Positions 29,662 through 39,716 of a stretch of DNA of 64,000 bases are shown in pieces. Position numbers and translations under genes: made by a program. The notes under the pieces were generated by a model that did no database searches, was not told the DNA's origin, and saw only the letters and a list, made by a program, of their open reading frames with translations. How positions within the stretch are numbered: position 1 is the first letter of the stretch; each line of letters starts with the position of its first letter. Location of the stretch: the IMG/VR virus record IMGVR_UViG_3300037755_001279, positions 62,510 through 126,509 of that record. The stretch is one strand, 5' to 3'. Origin of the DNA: a virus.

Positions 29662-30639
29662 TCACGCCCCACCCCCTGCGCCGCGCTTACTGCTGGCCCA
29701 ATCCGGCGACGGCAGATACTGCTTGCGGCCCGTCTCCGCTTCGAGCCGCGCGGCGAAGATGCCCTTGACGCGCACGTAGCAAGGCGACCGGTCGCTGATG
29801 CGCATCTGCCGGCCCACCAGCCAAGCCAGGTACTGCGGGTCGGCCGACAACGCCATGAGGAGCGTACCGAACTGCTCCTTGGTCAGCTTGGTCGTCTTCG
29901 ACGAGTACGGCGTGATGACGAGCCGACGGTACAGCCACATGCAGATGGTCAGGTTGAGCGCCAGCCACAAGCGGCTGTACTCGGGGTCGCGCCCCCACGC
30001 ATTGATGGCCAGCTCGAAAAAGTCGATCATGACATCGGCCTCATCGAGGGTGAGTCGGTTGGCCGCTTCGACGGCGTTGACCGCAGCGCTCGTCGGCACT
30101 TCGGGCGTCGCGCCGACCCAGCAGCGCAGCGCCGCGCTCATGGAGATCATCGGCGACTTCGGATTGCGGCGCAGCTGATCGTAGCCGATGAACGAACAGC
30201 GCTTCCGCAGCTTGAGCAGCGCCGCCGATCCGGATTCCAGTGCGCGAAGTACGTCGTCCGGCTTCATCTGCACCAACCGGCTGTTCAGCTTCCAGAATTC
30301 CTCGGCCATCTCGGCCATCGACGCGTAGTGCGCGATGCGCACGTCGACGTAGCCGGTCAAGCACTCGCTGATCAGGAATGCCTCGCGCCGATGCTGCCCA
30401 TCGAGCAAGTACACGACCTTGTCGAGCACACCGAGGGTCAAGATGCCCGGGATGACACCGTCGTCCGCCTTGATGTCGACGGCGACCTGACGCACCTTGT
30501 CGTTGACCTTCAGCGGGCGCTGAAAGGGCGGCGACTTCCAGGCCGTGACGCTGTCGGGTGTGACCTCCCAGCAATCCGTGGTCGTCCGTGTGGTTCGCTG
30601 CGCTTCGGTGGCCGGTTTGACGATGCGAAGGTTGGTCAT
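29662..30639 (-). CDS. ParB-superfamily DGQHR-domain protein
   Basis: FQRPL...LLDGQHRREA...F-x-x-LN. Confidence 0.8.
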   Translation of the reverse strand: MTNLRIVKPATEAQRTTRTTTDCWEVTPDSVTAWKSPPFQRPLKVNDKVRQVAVDIKADDGVIPGILTLGVLDKVVYLLDGQHRREAFLISECLTGYVDVRIAHYASMAEMAEEFWKLNSRLVQMKPDDVLRALESGSAALLKLRKRCSFIGYDQLRRNPKSPMISMSAALRCWVGATPEVPTSAAVNAVEAANRLTLDEADVMIDFFELAINAWGRDPEYSRLWLALNLTICMWLYRRLVITPYSSKTTKLTKEQFGTLLMALSADPQYLAWLVGRQMRISDRSPCYVRVKGIFAARLEAETGRKQYLPSPDWASSKRGAGGGA

Positions 30640-31003
30640 TCGAGGTTGTCCTTGATCCGCTTGATCGCGTGCCGGATGGCGAGTCCGTGGTCCTCAGCGT
30701 AACAAAACGTCAGGCACACCACAGAAGACCCACCAGCGCTTTGCGGACCACGACCAGGCAACAATACAGCAGGCGCCGACACGTCGATGATCTCGACCGC
30801 GCCACGCACGTGCTTTTCTCCGAGCGCCGTGAAACCTTCGGCCCGCGCTGTCCGCTGCCACACCGCCAACTTACCCCCCGACGCAGCGCAACGCGTGTCG
30901 CTGGCATCCTTGTGCGACCAAAGGTCGCGCGCCGGCAAGCGAATCCAGGTCGGCCGACCGCACCGCGGACAGTTGACCCGTTCCTTCTTGGGAGCCGCTG
31001 ACG

Positions 31004-31264
31004 TCACGGCGCTTCGGGTGGCGGGCAAGGAATACTCACCATCGCGACGTTGATCTCAGGGAAGACACCGATGATCACACAGGCGCCTGCGACACGGTGC
31101 AAGGTCAAGCGAGACTGCCGCCATGCGTAGTCGGTTGGCGTTGAAGCCGTCTCGTAGTCCCCTTCGTTTTTCTTCTTGCAGCCTGTGAACCCGGTAACCG
31201 CGTACACGGCAAGCACGAACACCAGGATCAGGCCCATCCAGCTCAGCACAGCCCGTTTGTTCAT
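31004..31264 (-). CDS. Putative lipoprotein
   Basis: MNKR, hydrophobic stretch, FTGC lipobox-like motif. Confidence 0.5.
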   Translation of the reverse strand: MNKRAVLSWMGLILVFVLAVYAVTGFTGCKKKNEGDYETASTPTDYAWRQSRLTLHRVAGACVIIGVFPEINVAMVSIPCPPPEAP

Positions 31265-31274
31265 TTCGCATATG

Positions 31275-31303
31275 AGACTAGGTCGGCCGACGCCGCATGT
31301 CAA
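31275..31303 (-). promoter_or_regulatory. Sigma70-type promoter TTGACA-N17-TAGTCT with GTCGGCCGAC palindrome in the spacer
   Basis: Read directly on the minus strand upstream of the lipoprotein gene. Confidence 0.6.
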
Positions 31304-31306
31304 GCC

Positions 31307-31729
31307 CTACCGCGGCGCGTCCTTGGCCAGGTTCCGTAGAAACGCCTTCACCGTCGGAAAGAACAGGTACAGGCTTGGGACACAAGCCAGTCGCTCGACG
31401 GCGTACAGCGGGTCAACCCATAGGAGATCCGTGTGCTCGACGGCCTCGGGAACCTGCGCGCCAATCACTACGTGGAACAGCGAGATCACCACCTGGCTCT
31501 CCAGATCGAACGTCACCCGGGCGATGCGCCGCCGAACCGACGGCGTGATCTTCAGCTCTTCCATCCACTCGCGGGCTAGGGCAGTCTCATCGCCCTCGGC
31601 ACGTTCGACCTTGCCGCCCGGGTACTCGTACATATCGGGTCGCTTTTTGTCCGGCGGCCGCTTGGCGACGAGGACATGGTTGTTGTGATCGACGGCGAGA
31701 CCAGCGACGACGCGGATACGATCGGTCAT
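31307..31729 (-). CDS. Nudix hydrolase (MutT-like)
   Basis: Nudix box GGKVERAEGDETALAREWMEEL. Confidence 0.9.
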   Translation of the reverse strand: MTDRIRVVAGLAVDHNNHVLVAKRPPDKKRPDMYEYPGGKVERAEGDETALAREWMEELKITPSVRRRIARVTFDLESQVVISLFHVVIGAQVPEAVEHTDLLWVDPLYAVERLACVPSLYLFFPTVKAFLRNLAKDAPR

Positions 31730-32102
31730 TTGGAATCTTTCTCCATCAACGCGGTCACCGCACGAATGATGGCGATGGTCACCGGTGATCCATTTCGCTG
31801 CGGCGATGTCTCCGGCTTCACGCGTCGAGGACGTTTGAGCCGTTGTTCGAGCGCGTGTGCCGCAGCGCTGGCCGGACTGCGGCCACCGACGCGTGGTCGG
31901 CCTTCACGTGCAAGTGCACGTGCTACCTGCAGCACTTTGAGTAAATCAGCCGTCGTTACCGGCTGCGGGCGCGTCTCGTAGGCTTCGATGCACGCTAAGC
32001 AAGTGGCCTCAGCCGGCCTGCTGGTCACCGTTTTGTGTTCCACGCCGCTCACCGGTCCAGGACGGCAATACAGTCCGATGTCGTTGGCGAATAGATGAAA
32101 AA

Positions 32103-32957
32103 TCACCCGTCACCTCCGGGCACCGCCGCCGGCGGCGGGTAGCGCGTCGCGGCCCACTGCAAGAACGCCTGGCCCTTGCGATTGATCGCCTGTTGCACTA
32201 CTTCCATGACGTGCATCGGGAAATCTTGTTTGAGCATCCACTTCAGGTAGCCAGCCTGCGACGACGCCAGCTCGTGCAGCTTGGCATCCTTATGCTTACC
32301 GAACGTCACGACAACGACGTCGCCTTCAGCGGTCCACCGAAAGTGATTGGTGTGGCCAAGCCAAAACTTCCGCTCCGGTTCGCACTTTTCGGCGATGTCG
32401 TGCCACGCCTCGCCAGACAACCCGAAGGCATCCAGCATGGCCAGGGTCACGCGGCCGGTTGCCGCGATGTCGGCGGCGGCCGTGTGCTGGTCGGCGAAGT
32501 CATCGCCGACAAACCGGCGATGCGCCGCGGCTAGGGTGCGCGGTTCGCCGAAGTGCCACAAGCGCAGTGTGTCAACGATGGCCTTGTCCTTGAGATCCGG
32601 CGGCCGAATCTTGGCGCGGATCAGCTCGGCGAAGAGCCTGTCGATGTCGAACTTGATGTTGTAGCCGATCAGCACCAGGGCGCTGTCGAGCAGCTCGGCG
32701 ATGTCCTGTGCCGACGCGATGAACGGCAGCTCGTTGGCAAGATCAACCGCACTGATCCCATGGACGCGCTGCGCGCCGGGATGAATCGGTACGCTCGGCT
32801 TGAAACGCCAGGTGCGGACGGCGGGCGGGATGTCGCCGTAGATGTCGCCGAAACCGAACTGAACGGCCAGCTCGATCACCTGCGCGTCAGCTTCAGCACC
32901 GGTCGTTTCCACGTCCAGCAACAAAACCGAGCCGTCCAACCCGTCATCGATAGGCAC
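32103..32957 (-). CDS. DEDDh 3'-5' exonuclease (DnaQ-like) with C-terminal FGKHK domain
   Basis: DVETTG, GYNIKFD, HTAAAD; TFGKHKD...YLKWM. Confidence 0.9.
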   Translation of the reverse strand: MPIDDGLDGSVLLLDVETTGAEADAQVIELAVQFGFGDIYGDIPPAVRTWRFKPSVPIHPGAQRVHGISAVDLANELPFIASAQDIAELLDSALVLIGYNIKFDIDRLFAELIRAKIRPPDLKDKAIVDTLRLWHFGEPRTLAAAHRRFVGDDFADQHTAAADIAATGRVTLAMLDAFGLSGEAWHDIAEKCEPERKFWLGHTNHFRWTAEGDVVVVTFGKHKDAKLHELASSQAGYLKWMLKQDFPMHVMEVVQQAINRKGQAFLQWAATRYPPPAAVPGGDG

Positions 32958-32996
32958 GGGTCGTTCGTACCATACAGGTCCGACGGACAGCCCCGT

Positions 32997-33251
32997 CTAC
33001 AGAAAGAACCCGGTCCACAGCACGTAGTCAAAACCGCGCACGTCGATCGGCGACGTGCTGTCAAGCTGCGGGTGATCGACGAGCAACTCTGCCAGCGCCG
33101 TCAGCGCGGCCTCAACGTCATCGGTGTTGTCCGCACCGTTGACGAAACACCCGTGGGTGAGCTTCAGCCGATCCCACTGATCGCCCGTGACGTCCATGGT
33201 GTAAAACTTCGTGGACTCCGGCACTTCTTCGTAGATGATGAGGATGCGCAC
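32997..33251 (-). CDS. Hypothetical protein, probably leaderless
   Basis: GTG 7 nt after TAGCTT of the conserved promoter at 33259-33280. Confidence 0.6.
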   Translation of the reverse strand: MRILIIYEEVPESTKFYTMDVTGDQWDRLKLTHGCFVNGADNTDDVEAALTALAELLVDHPQLDSTSPIDVRGFDYVLWTGFFL

Positions 33252-33470
33252 GTGCGGCAAGCTATCACACGGGTCCGACAGGCTCGGCGTGCTCCGGGCA
33301 GTAGTCACAAACGCGAACGGTTTGAACGCCGCGGGTTCTAACAACCACGGCGACACGCCAACCGCCGGCGGCTGCCGCGTGACGTGCCGGGCCGACTTGC
33401 CGGCCGTCGTGATCAAATCGCTGCCCGCACCGTGGTTTGTCACACCACAAGACGTAGCGCAGGCGCGCGG

Positions 33471-34064
33471 TCACCCCGCCAACGCCTTGACGACGTTGAT
33501 CACAACGCTCCAATTCTGCGTCCGCACCCCATCCCACGGCTCGTTGGCGTTGGATTCCATGTCCCAGAGCACGGCGATACCGCGCGGAAAACGCGCCGCC
33601 CACGGCCGCAGGTTTGGCGCCTTGTCATCGATCAAAACGTGACCGTCAACCAGCCATTTTTGTTCGGTCTGCACAACAGCTACACGGTCGATGTCAAAAT
33701 GCTTCTCCAGCCACGCTTCACGCTCAGCGGCCCAGGTCGGGCTGTCGAACGGCGCCGTCACCGGGTAGACGTTGGCGATGGACTTCAGCTGATCGATGGC
33801 TTCCTGCGCGCCAGGCTGCACCGGCAGGTTGACGCAGAACCCAGGGCGCGTCCAGCGCTGCTTGAGCGCGCGCATCTCACCCTGTTCGAGCCCCAGACAC
33901 GTCTCCAGCCGATAGCTGACGACGTCCTTGTGCGTGAAGTTATGGTCGCGGCGACCAGGAAGGTACCGCAACTCATTCAACGCCCCGCCGTTGAAATCGG
34001 CAAGCGGGCCGTCGACGTCGACCAGGACGATGGGCTTGTTGGGGTCGGGGATGAGGACGGGCAT
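33471..34064 (-). CDS. 5'(3')-deoxyribonucleotidase (HAD, NT5C-like)
   Basis: DVDGPLADF, VTAP, K, LIDD. Confidence 0.88.
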   Translation of the reverse strand: MPVLIPDPNKPIVLVDVDGPLADFNGGALNELRYLPGRRDHNFTHKDVVSYRLETCLGLEQGEMRALKQRWTRPGFCVNLPVQPGAQEAIDQLKSIANVYPVTAPFDSPTWAAEREAWLEKHFDIDRVAVVQTEQKWLVDGHVLIDDKAPNLRPWAARFPRGIAVLWDMESNANEPWDGVRTQNWSVVINVVKALAG

Positions 34065-34067
34065 GGT

Positions 34068-34793
34068 TCAGGTTCCCTCACAACGCGCGCACGGCAGGTG
34101 ATCGCGGTAATCCGCTGCCGATCGAAATCCGCTGCACTTGGGCAGCTTGACCTCAACCGCCGCCAGCCTGGTCTGCAAGTCACGGACGGTCAGGCACAAC
34201 GGATCATCGCAGCTCTCACACGGTTTGTACGGTATGTACGCCTGTCGTGTGTCTGGGGGCATTTGTCGGTGCGCCAACTCGGCGCGCGTCGCGATGCTGG
34301 CGCGCTCGATGGGGTGTGCATCGAATCGTGCCGCGCCGTCCTCGACAATCTTTGCCAGCGGCACCGCCATCGCTGCTAGCTGCGCCATCGGTGTTTCCAA
34401 TGCCCGGCGCTCGGCGTCGAGATCTCGATTCAGCGCTGCGCTGGCGGCGAACTTGTCGCCGAACCGCGCCTTGAGCTTGGCGATGTTCTTGGTCCAGCTC
34501 TCCTCCCAGCTCGACTGCACCGCGGCCAGGAACAGGTTGTCGTACCAGCTCCGATCGCCGTGTTCTTCGACGAGGTTGAGTTTGTCCAGCTCGGTGCCGT
34601 AGACGATGTGGCGCTTCAAGGCGTCGGCAAACTCGCCGGTCTCGGTCATCAACCCGAGGACGCTGTGCAGCAACCGCGCCACCATCTTGTTGTGCTCAGG
34701 CGCGCGCGGGTTGCCGGCCGCATCGAGCAGTCGAACAAAGTCCGGCGTGTGCTCGGTGCGGAGCGCGTCGGTCTGGTACTGTTGTGGGTCCAC
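34068..34793 (-). CDS. MazG-like NTP pyrophosphohydrolase
   Basis: GLMTETGEFAD-x-x-K...EEHGD...NIAKLKARF. Confidence 0.85.
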   Translation of the reverse strand: MDPQQYQTDALRTEHTPDFVRLLDAAGNPRAPEHNKMVARLLHSVLGLMTETGEFADALKRHIVYGTELDKLNLVEEHGDRSWYDNLFLAAVQSSWEESWTKNIAKLKARFGDKFAASAALNRDLDAERRALETPMAQLAAMAVPLAKIVEDGAARFDAHPIERASIATRAELAHRQMPPDTRQAYIPYKPCESCDDPLCLTVRDLQTRLAAVEVKLPKCSGFRSAADYRDHLPCARCEGT

Positions 34794-34807
34794 GAGCCTT
34801 GATCCTT

Positions 34808-35362
34808 TCAGTGCGCCGTTTTGGTGGGCGTGGGTTGATCGCCGGCTTCAGTCACGCGACGGCGTCGCGCTGTTTGCGGCCGCGGTGGGAACGCGTCGTT
34901 GATCACCTCTTGGTAGATGTTGCGGTGGCTGAAACCAGAGACATCATCGACGCTAGCGTGCACGTTGACGGCGATGCCGCGGCGATGATAGCGCAAGACG
35001 GCGTCGCGCAAGAACCACCAACCGGCCGGAGTCGCAGCCGTGGCATGGATACGCGTCGGGCGCCAGAACGCGACGCCGTGATCCCACATGCGGCGAGCCA
35101 GCCCTTCACGCCGATACCGCCTTGCCACATACGTCATCGTCGACCCGATGTTGACGACTTCCTGCTTCAGCTTGTTGTTCTGCCAACCGTTGACGTGGAA
35201 CATCCAGTACCCAACGATGCGCTTGCCGGAGATGGCGAACACGTTGAACGGCCCGTACTCGGGCACCTTCATCCCGTCTTTTCGTTCCTGCGGCCACGAA
35301 AGGTGTAACCAGTCCTCACGGGTGAGCTGTGCCGAACAGACGATGCGGATGTCTTTGGGCAT
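34808..35362 (-). CDS. GNAT-like acetyltransferase
   Basis: TYVARRYRREGLARRMW acetyl-CoA motif, ATPAG; start uncertain. Confidence 0.55.
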   Translation of the reverse strand: MPKDIRIVCSAQLTREDWLHLSWPQERKDGMKVPEYGPFNVFAISGKRIVGYWMFHVNGWQNNKLKQEVVNIGSTMTYVARRYRREGLARRMWDHGVAFWRPTRIHATAATPAGWWFLRDAVLRYHRRGIAVNVHASVDDVSGFSHRNIYQEVINDAFPPRPQTARRRRVTEAGDQPTPTKTAH

Positions 35363-35890
35363 CAGCGCACCACCCAACGCCCTGGTACCCAGCGCCTCCG
35401 CGGCTTGCCCTTCAAACACTTGCGCGGTAGCGCACGGTTTTTCTTGAGCCGCGCCTGTCGCTTTTTCTCGTCGGCGATCAGCGGATCGATGGTGCCACTG
35501 AGCAAATCAGCATAGGCGCCACCCCACGCGGTGGCGAAATTTTGCGCGTGCAGCTTCCGCACGCGCGCCTGCACGACGAGCAGCGTCTTCAGCTCCAACC
35601 GCGATCGGCAGGCCATCATACACGCACCTGTAAAACGCCGCCGGTGGCAAGCATCGCTCGCCGCAGTTTTGACCAGGCTTCGTCGGTTGCGGCAGTTTCA
35701 AACCGCGCGCCACCCCGGAAGTACATAGTGCCCAGCATACGAAGCTCCCCAGACTGCGCACCATACTGCGCATCAGCACGCAGAAGCGCAATTTCTGCCG
35801 GACGGAGCAACACGATGGTGTCTTCGTAGCCTCCTCTGCCATCAAGGCGTTCGAGGTAACACGGAAACGCGTAGGTAGGGTCGTCCGCCA

Positions 35891-36754
35891 TCACCAACGC
35901 CCCGTGACGATCACGCAATGCGCTGATTTGCGCGCGCGCGGTTGCGCGGCAACCGGACGGTCTTCAACGATCGCGTCGAACTGCCAGCCAGTGTACAGCT
36001 CACGGATGAACGGCGTGTCAGCGTTGGTCATGATGACCGTGGCGCCGCGAGCAACGGCGTCATAACTGACTTGTGCCAGACGAACCTGTGCGGTTGCCTC
36101 GACGCCGTTCCACCGCTCAAACGTGCCCTTGACGTATCCGGTGAACGCCGCCTTACCGCCGTGATACGGCGGGTCAGTAAAGATAACGTCACCAGGCCTA
36201 GCCTCGGTCATGACGTCCTCGAAGTCCCATCCAGGCCGGATGTCAGCCGTCGCAATGTGGTCGGCGATGGCGCGCAAGTCAGCCGCCGTCGGCATCGCGA
36301 TCCGCTCGCGCGCGCCCCATGGAACGTTGAACACGCCGTCCTTGTTTTCACGGTAGATGCCGTTGAAGCACGCACGCATGAGCCACAAAAAGCGCGCTGA
36401 CGGGCGCCAATCAGTAACGCTGAACGGCTCGGCTTTGTGCTCCTTGCGCAGCAAGCCGTACCGCTCGCGCGTATTCCACCCGGTGTTGTTCATCACCAGG
36501 CCATAACCAGCGGCGTACTCGGAGATAGCTTCCGGCTCACGCTGCAACCACCACCACAAGTGCCCAAGCGGCAGGCAGGCATCGCCGAGAATCATCGGTG
36601 TGCCCGGCGGCATCGCAAGCGCCACCGCGCCGGCGCCGAGAAACGGCTCGATGTAACGGCCGCTAGGCTGCAGGTGCTGCAGCACGCGCTCGACCAACGC
36701 TTCAGCGTGCTTGCGTTTACCGCCGGGCCAGCTCAACGGCGGATCGAGTGCCAT
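35891..36754 (-). CDS. dam: DNA adenine methyltransferase (Dam/D12 class)
   Basis: WPGGK, EPFLGAGAV, FNGIYR-x-N, DPPY. Confidence 0.9.
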   Translation of the reverse strand: MALDPPLSWPGGKRKHAEALVERVLQHLQPSGRYIEPFLGAGAVALAMPPGTPMILGDACLPLGHLWWWLQREPEAISEYAAGYGLVMNNTGWNTRERYGLLRKEHKAEPFSVTDWRPSARFLWLMRACFNGIYRENKDGVFNVPWGARERIAMPTAADLRAIADHIATADIRPGWDFEDVMTEARPGDVIFTDPPYHGGKAAFTGYVKGTFERWNGVEATAQVRLAQVSYDAVARGATVIMTNADTPFIRELYTGWQFDAIVEDRPVAAQPRARKSAHCVIVTGRW

Positions 36755-36790
36755 CACCACCGTCCTACCACGCGGGTCCGACGGACCTGG

Positions 36791-39553
36791 CTACGCCCCC
36801 ATCGCCTTGAGCTTGAGCTTCTTGAGCCCCGGACGGCCACACGGCCAGACCAGCTGCGGGTTCTTCTCTTTCTGCCGGTCCGACGCCTCAACGTGATACG
36901 CGTAACCCAGCTTGACTTCGTTGGGGAACGCGATCACCTGTCCGTTGACCGCCGTGACTTCCATGTAGAACGACTCGTCGATGTCACGGGCCAGGCGCTC
37001 GCCGTCTTCTTCGCGACACTCAAAATAGATGGCGTCGTGCTGGTGCAAGATGGCCCTGGGCCGCACCTTGTACGTTACGAGGCGTTGCAGCAGCTTCATC
37101 AAGCCGATGTCCATGATGTCGGCGCCGGCGAACTGGTTGGGGTTGTTCGCGATGTCCGTCGGCGGCGGGTTGCCCAGCGGGAACACGCGACAGCGTCCTA
37201 GTAGATAACTTCGCAGCGTGTACGGCGGCAGCGACGTTTCACGCAGCAAGCGTTGTTGCCAGGCAAACACGCCGGGGATCGCCTGTTTCATCTTGGCGAT
37301 GGCGGCGCGGATCATGCCGAAGCCGGCGGGGCCAGCCAGCTCCGGCTTTTCCGATGCGATGGCCTTGTGCACGGTTGCGTCAGCGCCGCCGTAGATGGCG
37401 CCGTACTCGACGCGCTTGGTCAGGTCTCGTTGGTCACGGTACGCGTCGCTGTCTTTCTCCAACGTGCGCATCGCCGTGAAGACCAGCACACCGAATTCAT
37501 GATGGATGTCCTTACCGTCAGCGAAGATGCTGCACAAAAATGGGTCGCCGGACTGCACGGCGATGAGCCTGGCTTCGAGCTGTTCCTTGTCGAACGCGAC
37601 GATGACGTTACCGGGCTCTGCAACCAGCTGCCGTCGAACGTTCGGAAGGCGTTTGCGCGGGTCGGGGTTGGACTCGTCACCGCTGGTCCAGTTGGAGCTA
37701 GCCGGCTCACGCGAGCCGTAGCGTCCTGAGATCTGCGTCCCGGACCAAATCGGGTGGCACCGCCCGTCGTCTTGCACGAACGGCGGCCGCCACTTGCCCT
37801 GGCTGTCCTGCGTCCACTCGAACATGCGCAGCCCCAGGCTTTCGTGAATCTGTTCGTTGGCGCGCAGTCGGATGAGCGCATCGACCTCGGGATAGGTGTT
37901 GAACTTTTCCAACACGGCACCGCCAGTCGCCGTGCGGCCGCCGTCGGTGGTTTGCCACAACGGGACGCCGGCAGCTTTGAGGAATGCCGCGGCGTGCCAG
38001 TCGTTGCTCAGTTTGAACGTGAACCGGCCCTTGTCGACGTCCTTTTGCAGCTCTGCTTCACGGATGCGGATGCGGTCGGCGTAGCTCGGTGGGTCGGCCT
38101 TACGCTGCGTCTTGGCGCGCTCCGCGGCCAGCTTCCGGTGAAACTTTTCCTGCAGCTCCGCGCACCGTGTGTTGGCCGATTCGTTGCTCTCGTCGATGAC
38201 CGTTTTTAGCCGGCGCTTGATCTCCGTGTTGACGTCCGGGTCGATGAAGAACCCGTTGAGGTGCATCTCAGCACCGAACGCCGCCTTGATCTTGTCGGCT
38301 TCGTAGACTTTCTCGACGCCGTTCTTCTTGATCCAGAAGTGTGTCGGACCGATGGTCTGGTCAGTCGAAAAAACGTCCTTGGCGTTGTAGATCGCTTCGT
38401 CTTCGAGGCTGTCACCGGAGTCACGGTGCTCACTCTTCCAGGGTTCAGCCGCACGATACTGACAAACCACGTGCTGCAGCTTCTTTTTGGCACCTGGCCA
38501 CGCCGCGTGCTGGCCGAGCATGGTGTCCTCCGTCGGCCCTGCCAGCTTGAAGCCGTACCACTGGTTCTGCAGCACCGCCGTGTCGTACGCCTGGTTGTGG
38601 TAGCCCTTGGTGATCGACTCGTCGGCCAAGATCTCCGCGAACGCGGCGATGATGCCCGGATCCAGCAGGTCCCATTTGACGCTGCAGGCGATGCCGTTGG
38701 CGGCTAGACCGAGTAACCGGATCTTCGCGATGAACCCTTGCAGCGTAGAATTGCGTTGCGGATCTTCAACGCCGGTCTCAAGGTCGATCGAGAGGCGCCC
38801 GGTGTGCCTGGCGTGACAAATCAGGTCCCAGACCAACTCGCGCGCCCGCTCAGCGTCGACCAGCTCAACGAAGATCTCCTCGTTCAAGCGCATGTACAGC
38901 CGGATATCGCGGCCGGCGGCCAGGTTCTTGACCTTGAGGATGTCCCACTTCAGCGACCAGTAAGCGAGGTCAGCGACGTGGCTGCCGGTTTTCTCCGGGC
39001 CTTTGTCACCATCACCGCTGGCACGGAGGATCGCCGCTGGGTGCACCGTCGGGATGACGCTGCGGATACCGCTGCCGTCAACGTCGGTTTCGAAATGCGC
39101 GCCGGCGATCTCGGTGATCGGCAGCTTGGTGACGTCCTGCAGCAGCGCGTGCGCGGCAACACCGCCGAGCGCCAGGACCGGAATGTCCGGGCGTTCCAGC
39201 AGCTCACGTTCGAGCCGTCCCCTACACGCGTCGGCGGCCAGCTTCCGGGTCTTGTCGTCTTTCTTGTTCGGGAAGCACAGCGTCGCGTTGGTTACCCAGA
39301 TCTTTGCACGGTCCGTCGCGGTGTCGCGCAGCGCCTTGTTGACTAGATCGCCCGTGACGCCGCAGAATGGGACGCCTAGCCGAACCTCGTTCGACCCCGG
39401 CCCTTCACCGACGAAGATCATCTCCGGGGTCGCCGGACCGATGCCGTAGACAGGCTGACCTGCAACGCCGTTGACCGCGAACGGACAGGCCGCACAGTTG
39501 GCGCCGTCCAGGGTGCCGCGGACCGGTTGGGACGGCGCGCCGTCCGCGGTCAT
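36791..39553 (-). CDS. polA: Family A DNA polymerase with N-terminal family-4 uracil-DNA glycosylase domain and 3'-5' exonuclease
   Basis: CxxC, VGEGPG, HPAAILR (UDG); DLET, HNQAYD, YNAKD (exo); DKEQLEAR, RDLTKRVEYGAIYG, QHDA (motifs A, B, C). Confidence 0.92.
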   Translation of the reverse strand: MTADGAPSQPVRGTLDGANCAACPFAVNGVAGQPVYGIGPATPEMIFVGEGPGSNEVRLGVPFCGVTGDLVNKALRDTATDRAKIWVTNATLCFPNKKDDKTRKLAADACRGRLERELLERPDIPVLALGGVAAHALLQDVTKLPITEIAGAHFETDVDGSGIRSVIPTVHPAAILRASGDGDKGPEKTGSHVADLAYWSLKWDILKVKNLAAGRDIRLYMRLNEEIFVELVDAERARELVWDLICHARHTGRLSIDLETGVEDPQRNSTLQGFIAKIRLLGLAANGIACSVKWDLLDPGIIAAFAEILADESITKGYHNQAYDTAVLQNQWYGFKLAGPTEDTMLGQHAAWPGAKKKLQHVVCQYRAAEPWKSEHRDSGDSLEDEAIYNAKDVFSTDQTIGPTHFWIKKNGVEKVYEADKIKAAFGAEMHLNGFFIDPDVNTEIKRRLKTVIDESNESANTRCAELQEKFHRKLAAERAKTQRKADPPSYADRIRIREAELQKDVDKGRFTFKLSNDWHAAAFLKAAGVPLWQTTDGGRTATGGAVLEKFNTYPEVDALIRLRANEQIHESLGLRMFEWTQDSQGKWRPPFVQDDGRCHPIWSGTQISGRYGSREPASSNWTSGDESNPDPRKRLPNVRRQLVAEPGNVIVAFDKEQLEARLIAVQSGDPFLCSIFADGKDIHHEFGVLVFTAMRTLEKDSDAYRDQRDLTKRVEYGAIYGGADATVHKAIASEKPELAGPAGFGMIRAAIAKMKQAIPGVFAWQQRLLRETSLPPYTLRSYLLGRCRVFPLGNPPPTDIANNPNQFAGADIMDIGLMKLLQRLVTYKVRPRAILHQHDAIYFECREEDGERLARDIDESFYMEVTAVNGQVIAFPNEVKLGYAYHVEASDRQKEKNPQLVWPCGRPGLKKLKLKAMGA

Positions 39554-39716
39554 CCGCGTAGCGTGTGGATCAACGCCGCATAGCCGAGGCTGATCACGGC
39601 GCCGCCGGCGAGCTGCGCGGCTAATTTGGCCTCACCGACCACTACCAGCACAGCAGCCAGCGCAAAAAACGCTGCGGCCACCGCGAAGACGATGATCCAA
39701 TAGACCTTCGGCGGCA

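Noticed and set aside
34068-39553. Z-genome (2-aminoadenine) pathway
   Set aside because: MazG-like and PolA genes are present but no PurZ is seen in this window
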